From a virus (Duplodnaviria > Heunggongvirae > Uroviricota > Caudoviricetes): DNA of 37,577 nucleotides. This document shows positions 18,936 through 29,735 of this stretch, in pieces (position 1 is the first letter of the stretch; each line of letters begins with the position of its first letter). The position numbers and the translations under genes were made by a program. The stretch lies in IMG/VR virus record IMGVR_UViG_2529292717_000013; one strand, 5' to 3'. A model generated the notes under the pieces. The model searched no databases, was not told the origin of the DNA, and saw only the letters and a list, made by a program, of their open reading frames with translations.

Positions 18936-19339
18936 AGCTCTGGCCCACGCTTGGCGTCGCTTTCCTTCTGATTGCCGCATGGGGAACATCCATGCGTCTG
19001 TCGTGGTCGCTGGGCCGGGAGAACGCCAGAAACGAAGCGCAGGCCAGCACCCTGAAAAGTACCGCCGACACCCTGAATATCATCAGCACCGGGGTACAGG
19101 ATATGCAGCAGGTGCTGGCGCAACTCCGCGTGGAAAATCAGCAACGCAATCAGGACGGAGAAGCCAGACGTGAACAGCTACGCAACGATATTGCAAAAGA
19201 TGAATGCGCCCACGCTTTGCCTGACGCTCGTTTTACTGACAGGTTGCGCAGGCACGCAGAACGCGCCACTGCCAGCGCCGTCAGTCCGGCTTATACCGCA
19301 GACGCTGACCATACCGGTAACGCCTCCCCCCTTCCCTGA
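18932..19339 (+). CDS. i-spanin (Rz/LysB-like)
   Basis: ATG at 18932 (ATGA overlap with the endolysin); N-terminal TM helix MKLWPTLGVAFLLIAAWG, then a coiled-coil-like region. Confidence 0.6.
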   Translation: MKLWPTLGVAFLLIAAWGTSMRLSWSLGRENARNEAQASTLKSTADTLNIISTGVQDMQQVLAQLRVENQQRNQDGEARREQLRNDIAKDECAHALPDARFTDRLRRHAERATASAVSPAYTADADHTGNASPLP

Positions 19340-19490
19340 CACTCCCACATGGGGAAATCTCGGTATATGGGGCGACCGCCTTCTGGATGCACTGGAAACC
19401 TGTAACGCGGATAAACGGGCCATTGAATTACTGGAACAGCGCAGGCTGCAACGACTGAACAACGAGGACAACAACCATGCTGAAAACTGA
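19200..19490 (+). CDS. o-spanin lipoprotein (Rz1/LysC-like)
   Basis: Starts inside the i-spanin in another frame; lipobox LLTGC after a signal sequence. Confidence 0.6.
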   Translation: MNAPTLCLTLVLLTGCAGTQNAPLPAPSVRLIPQTLTIPVTPPPFPDTPTWGNLGIWGDRLLDALETCNADKRAIELLEQRRLQRLNNEDNNHAEN

Positions 19491-19942
19491 TTCCCTGCGT
19501 GAAGCCATGACCCGTTCATGCCGATGGTGTCAGGCCAACCCGGAAAAATTCACCATTTTCGTGGAGAGCGGCAACATTGAAACGACCGGAGAAACGCCCT
19601 CGTTTGTTTAACGCTATCAGATGGTGATGTTTGTCATGGATTACGCCGGGGAGCTGGACGACCTCACGCTGCCGCTACTGGCGTGGTTATCCGAAAATCA
19701 GCCACAGTTGTTGCTCAATCCGGAGCGTAATCAGGACATCAAATTCTCCGCCGTTATCAATGACGATGACAGCGCCGATCTCCTGTTTACGCTCCCTCTG
19801 CGGGAACGCGTTCGCATACGCGCACAGTCAGGGGACACCGCAGGCAGAACACCTGCCGGAGCCAAAACCCCGTCTGCCATCTTCCGAAGGCGACTGGTCG
19901 CATGTATTCCAGGATGTGACGTGGGGTGAAAGCGATGGATAA
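19477..19942 (+). pseudogene. R: tail completion protein R; in-frame TAA at 19609-19611 plus a frame change near 19830-19860
   Basis: MLKTDSLR... N-terminus like gpR; the stop aligns with a K/E position of homologues; the C-terminal HLPEPKPRLPSSEG is in another frame. Confidence 0.7.
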
Positions 19943-20570
19943 GGCATTCACCCGCGTGGATGAAACCTTTGAGGCTATCCGCGACAGCCTGAATCAGCAG
20001 GCCATCAATAACATCGCCAGAAAGCTGGCACAGGATTTACGTCGCGCCCAGCAGGCACGTATCCGGTCACAGAAAGCGCCGGACGGGACTGCATGGACAC
20101 CACGCAGACGCCGCGTAACCCGGATACAGGAGCGTATTCGCTTTATCTGGAATAACGAAGCACGCACGCTGAAAAACTGGCATCACGACACGGGGAAATA
20201 CGGGCGAACCATCACCGGGTGGGATGAGGATAAAAACAGCATCCGCACGTTTTACCGGGATGACATCGACCGCTTTCTGGAAATACGCACCCGGCGCATC
20301 AACCAGGACAGCACAAAGCGCGTCCCCATGTTCGTAAAACTGCGCACCGCCCGCTACCTGAAAGCCCGTGCAGATGCTTCCGGTGTGACGGTGGGTTACA
20401 GCGGCGTGGCCGCACGTATTGCACGCGTTCATCAGTTCGGTGAGCGCGATCAGGTTGCGCCGGGCATTTTCACCGATTACCCGGTACGTGAGCTGTTGGG
20501 CATCAGTCAGGCAGATGAACGCCTGATTTATAACACGGTGCTGGGCCGGATTGCGGAGGCTGTACGGTGA
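19926..20570 (+). CDS. S: virion morphogenesis / tail completion protein S family
   Basis: 214 aa; N-terminal ARKLAQDLRRAQQARIRSQKAPDGTAWTP and C-terminal HQFGERD pattern of the gpS family; longer than canonical gpS. Confidence 0.65.
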   Translation: MKAMDKAFTRVDETFEAIRDSLNQQAINNIARKLAQDLRRAQQARIRSQKAPDGTAWTPRRRRVTRIQERIRFIWNNEARTLKNWHHDTGKYGRTITGWDEDKNSIRTFYRDDIDRFLEIRTRRINQDSTKRVPMFVKLRTARYLKARADASGVTVGYSGVAARIARVHQFGERDQVAPGIFTDYPVRELLGISQADERLIYNTVLGRIAEAVR

Positions 20571-21289
20571 GCGCAGAACTCATGCGACTGCTGAGCAATA
20601 TCATCCGCACCGGGATCATCTCTGAAGTTGATGAGAAGTCCTGGCGCGTGCGCGTTCGCAGCGGCGAACTGGAAACAGGCTGGTTGCGCTGGAACACCAC
20701 GCGCGCGGGAGCCTTCAATGTGTGGCTGCCGCCATCACCAGGCGAACAGGTGGTAATTGCCTGCATTGGCGGCAACCCGGAAACCGCCATGATAATTGGC
20801 AGCCTGTGGAGTGATGCCAGTCCGGCACCCGGCAAAAGCCTGAAAGAAATCGTGATCAGCGCGCCGGACGGCGCGGTGTTCCGCTACGACGCGGACGCAG
20901 GCGCACTGAGCGCCAGCGGCATGAAAACGGCCACTTTACAGGCATCCGTCAGCGTGAAACTGGATACGCCCGTCGTGGAATGCACAAACCTTCTGAGAAC
21001 GGCGACGCTTGACGTCACAAAAGGAGGAAAGATGAGCGGCAATATCACGCACAGCGGCGGCAACTTCACCTCAAACGGCATTACCGTGCATACGCATAAA
21101 CACGGTGGCGTGAAAGGCGGCGCGATTCGACAGGAGGCCCGCAGTGACAACCCGCTACACAGGAATGAATCCGGACGGAACGGGAAACCTGAACGATATG
21201 GAGCACCTGAAACAGTCAGTCAGGGACATCCTGACCACCCCGCTGGCAAGCCGGGTTATGCGACGGGAATATGGCAGCCTTGTGCCTGA
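20567..21289 (+). CDS. V: baseplate assembly protein V (spike); 3' end probably frame-shifted, true stop likely about 21147
   Basis: GNPETAMIIGSLWS and THKHGG motifs; the last ~45 codons of the observed ORF read through the W start and look non-protein-like. Confidence 0.8.
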   Translation: MSAELMRLLSNIIRTGIISEVDEKSWRVRVRSGELETGWLRWNTTRAGAFNVWLPPSPGEQVVIACIGGNPETAMIIGSLWSDASPAPGKSLKEIVISAPDGAVFRYDADAGALSASGMKTATLQASVSVKLDTPVVECTNLLRTATLDVTKGGKMSGNITHSGGNFTSNGITVHTHKHGGVKGGAIRQEARSDNPLHRNESGRNGKPERYGAPETVSQGHPDHPAGKPGYATGIWQPCA

Positions 21290-21493
21290 TTTGATTGACG
21301 AACCCATGAATAACACCACGCGTCTGCAATGCATGAGTGCTGCCGTGATTGCGCTGACACGATGGGAACCCCGCATTGCCCTGGATGCCATCGACGTTGT
21401 CTGGAAAGCGGGAGGCCGCGCCGGGGTGACCTGTCGGGCACTGTCATGCAGACCATGCAGAATGTTGAGTTAACCATCACGCTAAGGGAGTAA
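21144..21493 (+). CDS. W: baseplate protein W (gp25-like); frame change at a G-run near 21435
   Basis: MTTRYTGMNPDG...RVMRREYGS...WEPR typical of gpW; the conserved C-terminus DLSGTVMQTMQNVELTITLRE is in the adjacent frame, ending at 21493. Confidence 0.8.
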
Positions 21494-21496
21494 ATC

Positions 21497-22380
21497 ATGC
21501 CCGCCGTTGACCTTTCACAGTTACCGGACCCCGCCATCATCGCGGAGCCTGACTTTGAGGCAATTCTGGCTGACACAAAGGCCATGATGATTGCGGCTTA
21601 TCCCGCCGAACAGCGTGAAGCCGTTTCCGCCGCGCTGGAGCTGGAATCGGAACCCCTTAACGTTATCGCTCAAACCATGTCGTTTCGTGAAATGCTGTTA
21701 CGCCAGCGGGTTAACGAGGGTGCACGCGCCTGCATGTTAAGCCACAGCGCCGGGACAGACCTGGACAACCTCGCGGGCAATATGAACACAAAGCGCCTGG
21801 TTATCACTCCGGCAACGGATACCACCGACGCGGTGATGGAAGCGACACCTCGCTGAGACTGCGGGCGCAACGGGCGTAGACGGCCTGAGGTTGCTGGCCC
21901 GTCAGGGCATACGAGTATTTTGCCCGCAGCGCCAGCGGTCTGGTGCGTGATGCGCGGGCTATCAGTCCGTCTCCGGCAAATGTGACGGTTTCCATCCTGT
22001 CCACTGAAGGCGACGGCACGCAACGGAGGCGTTGCTTAATACCGTTCGCGCCGTTCTGAATGCAGAGGATACCCGCCCGGTGGCCGACCGCCTGACCGTA
22101 CAGAGTGCCAGAATCGTGACATGGCGGCTGAATGCAAAACTGTACTTTTACCCCGGCCCGGAATCCGAACCTATTCTGGCTGCGGCGGAATCGTCGTTCA
22201 GGAAGTGGCTGGCTGAGCAGGGGCTTATCGGTCAGGACGTGGCGTTGTCGCCATTGCTGCCGCACTGCATGTGCACGGTGTGCAACGCGTGGAGATAATC
22301 GAACCCACACAAATATGGCCATCAGCGACATACAGGCGGCGCGCTGTGAGTCTTCACCATCAGCGAAGGTGGGCGAATGA
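21497..22380 (+). pseudogene. J: baseplate protein J; at least five frame changes
   Basis: gpJ-like segments are found successively in frames 2, 1, 2, 1, 0, 2, 1 (for example MPAVDLSQLPDP..., RAYEYFARSASG..., LNAEDTRPVADRLTVQ..., ALHVHGVQRVE...). Confidence 0.8.
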
Positions 22381-22904
22381 GTAATTCACTGTTACCGCCA
22401 TCAGCCAGCATTTCATGCGTTGTGCCGAAGCTGTCGGAACCGCATTACAGACATCCCGGTAGACCTCAACACCTGTGGTCGCCGGATACCTGCCCGGTGC
22501 ATCTGCTGCCTTATCTCGCCTGGGCATTTTCCGTTGACCGCTGGGATCGCAACTGGCCGGAAGAGACAAAGCGACAGGTGATTCGTGATGCATGGCTGAT
22601 ACACCGACACAAGGGAACCATCAGCGCACTGCGCCGGGCCATTGAACCACTGGGATACCTCATTCGCGTGTCTGAGTGGTGGGAGTTCGGCGGAGAACCG
22701 GGAACATTTACCGTTGAAGTCGGCACGCTGGACAGTGGCGTGACGGAGGAAATGTATCTGGAAATGGAGCGGTTGATTGCTGATGCCCGCCCGGTCAGCC
22801 GCCACATGACAGGGCTGAATATCATTCAGGAGATCCCGGGAGATATTTTCGCGGCGGCAGCAACTTACGACGGCGAAGTCATTACCATTTATCCAGACGA
22901 TTAA
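22377..22904 (+). CDS. I: baseplate/tail-fibre attachment protein I
   Basis: 175 aa; NPDTCP..LLPYLAWAFSVDRWD...GYLI..EWWE pattern like P2 gpI. Confidence 0.85.
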   Translation: MSNSLLPPSASISCVVPKLSEPHYRHPGRPQHLWSPDTCPVHLLPYLAWAFSVDRWDRNWPEETKRQVIRDAWLIHRHKGTISALRRAIEPLGYLIRVSEWWEFGGEPGTFTVEVGTLDSGVTEEMYLEMERLIADARPVSRHMTGLNIIQEIPGDIFAAAATYDGEVITIYPDD

Positions 22905-22906
22905 GT

Positions 22907-25077
22907 ATGAGTACCACAACACGAAAATTTAAAACCGTTATCACCAATACGGGTGCAAAAAAATTAGCTCAGGCAGCCGCGCCAGATGGTAAGCCTGTCC
23001 GCCTGACTCATATGGCCGTGGGCGACGGTGGCGGCACGTTGCCCACACCAGACAGTAAGCAGACCCGTCTGGTGCATGAGGTGTGGCGACACACGTTAAT
23101 CGCGTCATCCTGGACGCAACACATCAGAACCGCATTATTGCGGAGCTGGTTATTCCTCCTGAAACGGGCGGATTCTGGATCCGGGAAATTGGTGTATTTG
23201 ATGAGCACGGCGATTTAATCGCGGTGGGCAATACTGCCGAAAGTTACAAACCAACCGTTGCCGAAGGGTCCGGACGTACACAAACATTTCGCACCATTCT
23301 GACCGTATCCAGCACTGCCACCGTGGCGCTTACCGTGGATAACACCATGGTGATGGCCACAGTGGATTACGTGGATGACAAACTGAAAGAGCATGAACAG
23401 TCACGACGTCACCCGGATGCCTCGCTGACCGCAAAAGGCTTTGTTCAACTCAGTAGCGCCACTAACAGCGATTCTGAAACGCTGGCTGCAACGCCGAAAG
23501 CGGTTAAGGCCGCGTATGACCTGGCTAACGGAAAATATACCGCTCAGGACGCCACGACGGCACGAAAAGGGATAGTCCAGCTCAGCAGTGCAACCAACAG
23601 CACGTCTGAAACGCTGGCAGCGACACCAAAAGCTGTTAAGGCGGTAATGGATGAAACGAACAAGAAAGCGCCCTTAAACAGTCCTGCGCTGACCGGAACA
23701 CCAACAACACCAACTGCGCCAAAAGGTACTAATAATACTCAGATCGCAAGTACGGCTTATGTGATGGCCGCGATTGCCGCCCTTGTAGACTCGTCGCCTG
23801 ACGCACTGAATACGCTGAACGAGTTAGCGGCGGCGCTGGGCAACGACCCGAATTTTGCGACCACCATGACTAACGCGCTTGCGGGTAAGCAACCGAAAGA
23901 TGCCACCCTGACGGCGCTGGCCGGGCTTGCTACTGCGGCAGACAGGTTTCCGTATTTTACGGGGAATGATGTCGCCAGCTTGGCAACCCTGACAAAAGTT
24001 GGGCGGGATATTCTTGCGAAATCGACCGTTGCCGCCGTTATCGAATACCTCGGTTTACAGGAAACGGTAAACAAGGCTGGTAACGCCGTTCAGCGTTCCG
24101 GCGATAAAATGACCGGAGAACTGAAAATTGGCACGATGAATGCGCTGCGAATTTTTAATGATGCCTTCGGTCTTATTTTCCGTCGTTCAGAAGAGTACCT
24201 TCATTTCATCCCTACGGCTGAAGGACAAGGCGAAAACGGTGATATCGGCCCATTAAGGCCATTCGCTATAAATCTGAGAACAGGTGCTATATCTGTCAGC
24301 CACGGGGCCAAAATTGATGGTGGGCTGGCGCTTGGTACAGATAACGCACTGGGCGGTAATTCCATTACTCTCGGAGATAACGACACTGGTATTAAACAGG
24401 GCGGCGACGGTGTCCTTTTATTCTATTCAAATGGACAACTGGCATTTGGGCTTCAACCCGCATCTGCTGATTTTTATAAGCGGGTTGCATATATTCATCA
24501 GGGAATAATTCCTGATGGAAGTGGCGCATTTGCAGACCAGTTGAATAATGCCACCGCGCCTTTTGTTCAGACGCAGTTTGCCTGGAATCCCACTCCTGGT
24601 GGTCATTACGTGCCGATAGTTAAGGGCTTGTCCATTCGCAATGGACAGGGCTATCCCGGCGCGGTCAGCTTTGGGTATTTACTGACAGAACAGTATGGAT
24701 TTCCGGTTCCATGTATTCATATGCGTGGCGATGGCGGTAATGATGCTTTATGGCAGTTTAACCCGAACGATAAATCCTTTATTTCACCGGGTGCTCTTAT
24801 TGCGGGTGGCGTCCATTATAACACCGATGGAAATATATTTGGTGGGTGCTGGGGTTCAAACTTAAATGATTACCTGAATAGTTCTTTTATCAGAAATGTG
24901 CGTCTGGGAGGCAGACGTTCTGACGTATTATATCGCGGAGGACTTTGCGAACCAGGTAATGGTCATGTGACAACAGGATTGCAAATTATTGGTGAGGTTG
25001 ATGGAGATGACTGGATGGTGTCACGACCACTACAAAAATACATTTATGGTAACTGGTATAACGTTGAACAGGCATAG
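22907..25077 (+). CDS. H: tail fibre protein H; one frame change near 23097 separates the N-terminal about 60 codons
   Basis: N-terminus MSTTTRKFKTVITNTGAKKLA...HEVWRH then IIAELVIPPE in the next frame; two copies of the tail-fibre repeat SSATNS(D/T)SETLAATPKAVKA. Confidence 0.85.
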
Positions 25078-25092
25078 CCATCAGGAGAATAT

Positions 25093-25620
25093 ATGCAACA
25101 TCTGAAAAATATTACCGCCGGAAACCCCAAAACCATTGAGCAGTATCAGCTTACGAAAAAAGCTGGCGTTATCTGGCTATATACAGAAGACGGTAAAAAC
25201 TGGTATGACGAATTAAAAAACTTTCAGGATGATACTTTAAAAATAGCTTATGACCAGAAGGGGATTATTCGTTGTATTGAGAAAGACGTATCAATGCTTA
25301 ACCCTGACGGGTTAAGTGTTGTTGAGTTACCGAATATAACAGCCAACCGTCGCGCCGATATCTCGGGAAACTGGAAGTTTCTGGATGGTAAAGTAGTAAA
25401 GCGGGAATATACAAAACAGGAACTGCAACAGCAGGCAGAGTTACAAAAAGCCGCTTTGCTTTCCGAAGCGGAGTCTGTGATTCAACCGCTGGAACGTGCT
25501 GTCAGACTGAATATGGCAACTGATGAGGAACGCACACGACTGGAATCATGGGAACGCTACAGCGTTATGGTCAGCCGTGTGGATACTGCAAAGCCTGAAT
25601 GGCCACAGAAACCAAAATAA
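25093..25620 (+). CDS. G: tail fibre assembly protein (Tfa, gpG-like)
   Basis: 175 aa; C-terminal [29 protein letters not shown] pattern of Tfa proteins. Confidence 0.8.
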   Translation: MQHLKNITAGNPKTIEQYQLTKKAGVIWLYTEDGKNWYDELKNFQDDTLKIAYDQKGIIRCIEKDVSMLNPDGLSVVELPNITANRRADISGNWKFLDGKVVKREYTKQELQQQAELQKAALLSEAESVIQPLERAVRLNMATDEERTRLESWERYSVMVSRVDTAKPEWPQKPK

Positions 25621-25631
25621 CAACAAATTAA

Positions 25632-25652
25632 GGCCCGTACGGGCCTTTTCTT
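25632..25652 (+). terminator. rho-independent terminator (GGCCCG-TA-CGGGCC + T-run)
   Basis: Directly after the tfa stop. Confidence 0.6.
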
Positions 25653-25683
25653 ATTCTGGTGGTTCCGGGAATGTTACAGGAAG

Positions 25684-25839
25684 AACCAAATAGCAAGGCT
25701 GATCAAAAACGGTCATGACAGGAAACAACTGGCGATCATTTACGACATCGGCATATCGACGATTTATCGTTATCACCCTGTAGGCGATATACAGGCTGAA
25801 GAAACAACCAGGCAGACTCAGGAAAATGAAAACCGCTAA
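25684..25839 (+). pseudogene. C-terminal remnant (about 50 codons) of a Hin/Gin/Cin-type serine DNA invertase
   Basis: Translation NQIARLIKNGHDRKQLAIIYDIGISTIYRYHPV matches the C-terminal HTH of Hin (EQISRLLEKGHPRQQLAIIFGIGVSTLYRYFPA, recalled); no N-terminal catalytic domain upstream. Confidence 0.6.
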
Positions 25840-25858
25840 TCTGACCATTAGCGGTTTT
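25831..25858. terminator. bidirectional terminator (AACCGCTAAT ... ATTAGCGGTT + T-run)
   Basis: Perfect 10-bp stem after the stop of minus-strand U. Confidence 0.5.
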
Positions 25859-25865
25859 GCGTTAA

Positions 25866-26360
25866 TCAAAACAGCCCTTTAACGGAGCTGGCCGCGCTGT
25901 TAAGGGATGATGTGACCTTATCTTTGAAGCCGGACAGCATATCACTGAACGATGAGGATTGCAGGCGCTCCCGCAAATCCTCATCACAGCGTTCAAGGGT
26001 CAGTGAAAATTCTATCTTTTTCGCCTTACCGTAGCGATCAAACTCGGAGCGGGTCGTATTCGTTTCAGTCAGTACATACATGCCGTAAATCTGCCCGACA
26101 CCATCAATCAGAGGCCAGGGGCGTCCTGTATATGCCTGCGTGGTCAGCAACGAAAGCGACACTTCGCCACCTGTAATTTCAGGATAAAGCACACCAGAAA
26201 GAACGATGCGATCATCACCTGCACCGATATACTGCCAGCTTGCTGAACGGTTAACGCGTTCATTTTTCACATGCCGCCAGCTTTTGTTTTGCTGTAACTG
26301 CTGATGCGGCAGCGTGCGCAGCTCAAAAACAAACATGCCGTAGATCATCATCATGACCAT
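25866..26360 (-). CDS. U: tail protein U
   Basis: 164 aa; FVFELRTLPHQ...WRHV...G.PWPLIDG pattern of P2 gpU. Confidence 0.85.
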   Translation of the reverse strand: MVMMMIYGMFVFELRTLPHQQLQQNKSWRHVKNERVNRSASWQYIGAGDDRIVLSGVLYPEITGGEVSLSLLTTQAYTGRPWPLIDGVGQIYGMYVLTETNTTRSEFDRYGKAKKIEFSLTLERCDEDLRERLQSSSFSDMLSGFKDKVTSSLNSAASSVKGLF

Positions 26361-26366
26361 GACTCC

Positions 26367-29201
26367 TCAATCTTTATCGTAAAAACTGCCACGCCCGGCA
26401 CGGGCGCGCCGTTCCATTTCTGCCCTGACCATTTCACCGACCAGTTTCGCCAGTTCGCGGGGATTCTGTGTAACAACGTTATGCAGATGAACATGAATTT
26501 CACCGCCAAATCCGGAGGCAACAGGCTCCCGGTTACGGGAAGTTGCAGGAACTGATGCCACTGGAGATCGTATGGCCTCTGCCACCGGGCGGGAGCTGGC
26601 CGCAACAACAGGGACCAGCGCCGGAGGCAGCGGAGCCGGAACCACGGGTGTGATATTAATTGCGGGGGCAGGCTTACTGACCTGCGCAATCTTCCGCTCC
26701 TGCCACTCCCCACGAACGGCAAGTGCGCGGGGCAGGTTCTTAAAGACAATATCGCCGGGGCCAATACGTTTTTTCGTCTCATCAACCAGCTTACCTGTGT
26801 TATCAGCAATTTTGCTGAGTCTGCGTAGCGTACCGGTATTGCTGTCTGTGAGTGGTTTGTTGTCTTTGGGTTTATCACCTCCGGTGCCATTGCCATTTTC
26901 CACAGGCTTCGGCGGATTGATTTTCGCCAGGTCTCCCTGAAACAGAGCAACCTTGTCCTGAAGAATGGCCGCACGCTGTGCGTCTTCGATTTTCTTGCTC
27001 GCCCTTTCAGCTTCATCCGGAAGGACGCCAAGTTTTTCAAGTATCCACGCCAGCGTATCCAGTAGCATTTTTGCAGGTGTCAGAACAAGCTGTAACGCAC
27101 CGCCAAGAACGTTACCGAATATCTCGCCAGCACTGGTACATTTATCCAGCGTTTCCTTGCTGGACTCCATCGGTGACAGCAGCGATTTAAACCAGTTAAA
27201 CACCTGACTTATCCCGCTTCCGATTGCGTCAAAAACAGGACCAAACCGTTCAAAGGTTTCGCGTAACGGGGCCAGCCGCTCCATAATCCCGCTGAACACC
27301 CCGGCATAAAACGCCTTGATGGGTTCCCAGTATTTCCAGATGAGAACCGCCGCAGCCACAAACGCAGCAGCAATCAATCCGACCGGGCTGAACAGCGCCC
27401 CGATAGCGCCCCCCAGTAACGAAACGGAACCCGTCACCATTCCCCATAGTGCTGGCAGGAGCCTGACAGCATTCATTGATCCGGTCAGGAGAGAAAAACC
27501 AAGACGCAACGTGGCCAGCTTCCCGTGAAGCACTCCAATAACCAGCGACAACGAGCCAACCGTTGCAGTCATTGCCAGCAGCGCACCGCCTGCTATCAGT
27601 AACTGGCGCGTCAGTACCGGATGGGCCTGTGCCAGCGCCGTCACCTTTGAGACCACCCGCGTGAGCCACTGCGTGACAGAACGCAGCGGACCATCAATCA
27701 GATCTGCAATGCGGATACGCAGCCCTTCCCATGCACTGCCGAGTGATTTCAGGTCGCCATCAAGGTTATTGGCCATAACCTTTGCCGTGCGTTCAGCCTC
27801 ACCGCGTGCGCCCTCAAGTTCTTTTCTCAGTTTGGGCAGGGAGCCGTCACCCGCCGCATCAACGAGAGCCATAAACGACGTGAAAGCCTCTTCCCCGGCA
27901 ATGTCCTTAAAGAACGATACCCGGTCAACTTCCCCGTATTTGCGGGTGGCTTTATAAAGGTCAGCCAGCAGATCTTCCATCGGGCGCATTTTGCCGTTCG
28001 CATCAGAGACGGACACACCCAGCTCTTTCAGCGCCTCTGCTGCTGCCTTTGGCGGTGATGCCAGACGAGCCAGGCTGGCACGCATTGCCGTCCCGGCATC
28101 ACTCCCTCTGATACCCATATTCGCCAGCACGCCGCCATCGCTGCGCCTGCTCCAGCGATATTCCCAGCTTACCCGCCACCGGACCGCATATTTCATGGTT
28201 TCGCCCAGTGCGCGAAGGTCAGTGTTGGTACGGGTAAACGCTGCAGTGAGTGTGTCACCGACCCGGTCCATCTGGTCAGCGAAGGCCGAACTGCGTCAGG
28301 ATATTTGAGCCAATATCGCCGTCTCGCCAGTCCATACCGCCAGCCGTTGCCATGCTCACACGCCGGGAAGCGCAGCCTGAATGGCCTGCGGTGTGAAGCC
28401 AGCCATTGCCAGAAATGCCTGCCCACTGGCGGCATCGCCTGCGGTGAACTGCGTTTCAGAGCCAAGTTTTAACGCCTGCTCACGCAGCGCCTTAAACTGC
28501 GGGCTGTTTTTGTCGATTCGCGTCAGTGCCTGAACGCGGGACATCTCTTTCCCGAACCCGATCGCAGGCTGCAAAAAACGCCCGGCAGCATAGCTGCCAG
28601 CCGCTGTCGCACCAATTGCCAGCGCACCACCTGTTTTCAGTTTTCCCGCTGTTTCCTGCGCACGCGAATACCGCTCACGCGCCCGCGTTACACGCGCAAG
28701 CGACTGCCGTTCGCGTTCAAGCTGGTTGTTGTACTGCTCGGTGCGTCTGATGGCCTGCTGGATGGTGTTATCGCTGCCTGTCAGGGAAATGCCGTGGCGT
28801 TTCAGCTCTCCGCCAAGCTCCCGCATTTTCTGAATTTCCCGTGTGCGCGATTCATTCAGGCGTTCAAGCCGGGTGCTTAACTGCTGCATCAGCTTTTGTT
28901 GCTTTTCGCTGAGCACTGTACCCGTGCGTTGTAACTGATTAAGGGCGTTAAGCTGGCGTCGTGCTTTCACGATACCCGCATCCGCTTTACTGACAGCGTC
29001 GCGGGCGCGCTCAAATGAACGCGCCTGACGCTCGAGATTTTTGATCGCCCCCTGCGTTCGCTGGATGGAGTCACCAAACTGCCCCATCAGGCGGCGGGCG
29101 TTTTCGGCAGGCCGGGTCAGCCTGTCAACGGCGCTGAAAGCGACCCGGATATCAAGAGTCTTCATTGTCTGCATTCCCGCTGCGAAGTGCCGCCCGCTCA
29201 C
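26367..29201 (-). pseudogene. T: tail tape-measure protein T; compensating pair of frame changes at about 28285-28355
   Basis: Track ORFs 28356..29201 and 26367..28271 are in the same frame; the conserved segment between them (VSMATAGGMDWRDGDIGSNILTQFGL) is in another frame. Confidence 0.85.
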
Positions 29202-29681
29202 GCCAGCTAACCACTTCGCCGGGCGTCATCATGAAGATTTCGGCGGGCGACCAGTTAAAAATAACGGCAATATCTGCCACAAAGTCTTCTATGTGCTCAA
29301 AGCACACAACCGTGATCAGGCTTCCGTCGCCTGTTCGTTCTTCCCGCCAGAGTCCGCACCGCTCAAAAAATTTACGGCAACCACACATAACTGAATAAAG
29401 TCACGGGATGCCATTTTTTTGATCGTCACTTCATCCAGTCGCGGTGATGTCACGCGTGACAGCAGCGTAAACATGGATTCCGCTTTCAGATTCAGCACAT
29501 CAGACAACGACAAATCTCGCAGAGATCCAGCCTGCTCAATAGCTCCGGTGATCTCCACATACGTGATTTTTTCGCCGCCTCGCTCAATTGGTTGGGTAAG
29601 TTTTACGCCACGCTCACTGGTTTCTTTCACAGTGTCAGCAACGACCGTGTTTTCGGTATCGATGTTTTTCGTCTCTTTCAT
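29152..29681 (-). CDS. E+E': E+E' tail assembly chaperone produced by programmed -1 frameshift
   Basis: The E' frame (track ORF 29152..29388) is -1 relative to E and continues as FFERCGLWREER...WRERAALRSG after the heptamer T TTT TTG. Confidence 0.65.
29316..29681 (-). CDS. E: tail assembly chaperone E
   Basis: 121-aa ORF between T and FII; contains the slippery site near its 3' end. Confidence 0.75.
   Translation of the reverse strand: MKETKNIDTENTVVADTVKETSERGVKLTQPIERGGEKITYVEITGAIEQAGSLRDLSLSDVLNLKAESMFTLLSRVTSPRLDEVTIKKMASRDFIQLCVVAVNFLSGADSGGKNEQATEA
29364..29370 (-). promoter_or_regulatory. programmed -1 ribosomal frameshift slippery heptamer T_TTT_TTG (E to E')
   Basis: Coordinates derived from the E and E' codon phases; X_XXY_YYZ pattern in the E frame. 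Confidence 0.6.
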
Positions 29682-29735
29682 CAGGAAACTCCTTTCAGTC
29701 AGAGGCGACGCACTGCGCCGCCTGCATATTACTTA

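Noticed and set aside
25651-25869. 72-aa minus-strand ORF with a hydrophobic N-terminus
   Set aside because: Spans two terminator hairpins and is antisense to the invertase remnant; TTG start.
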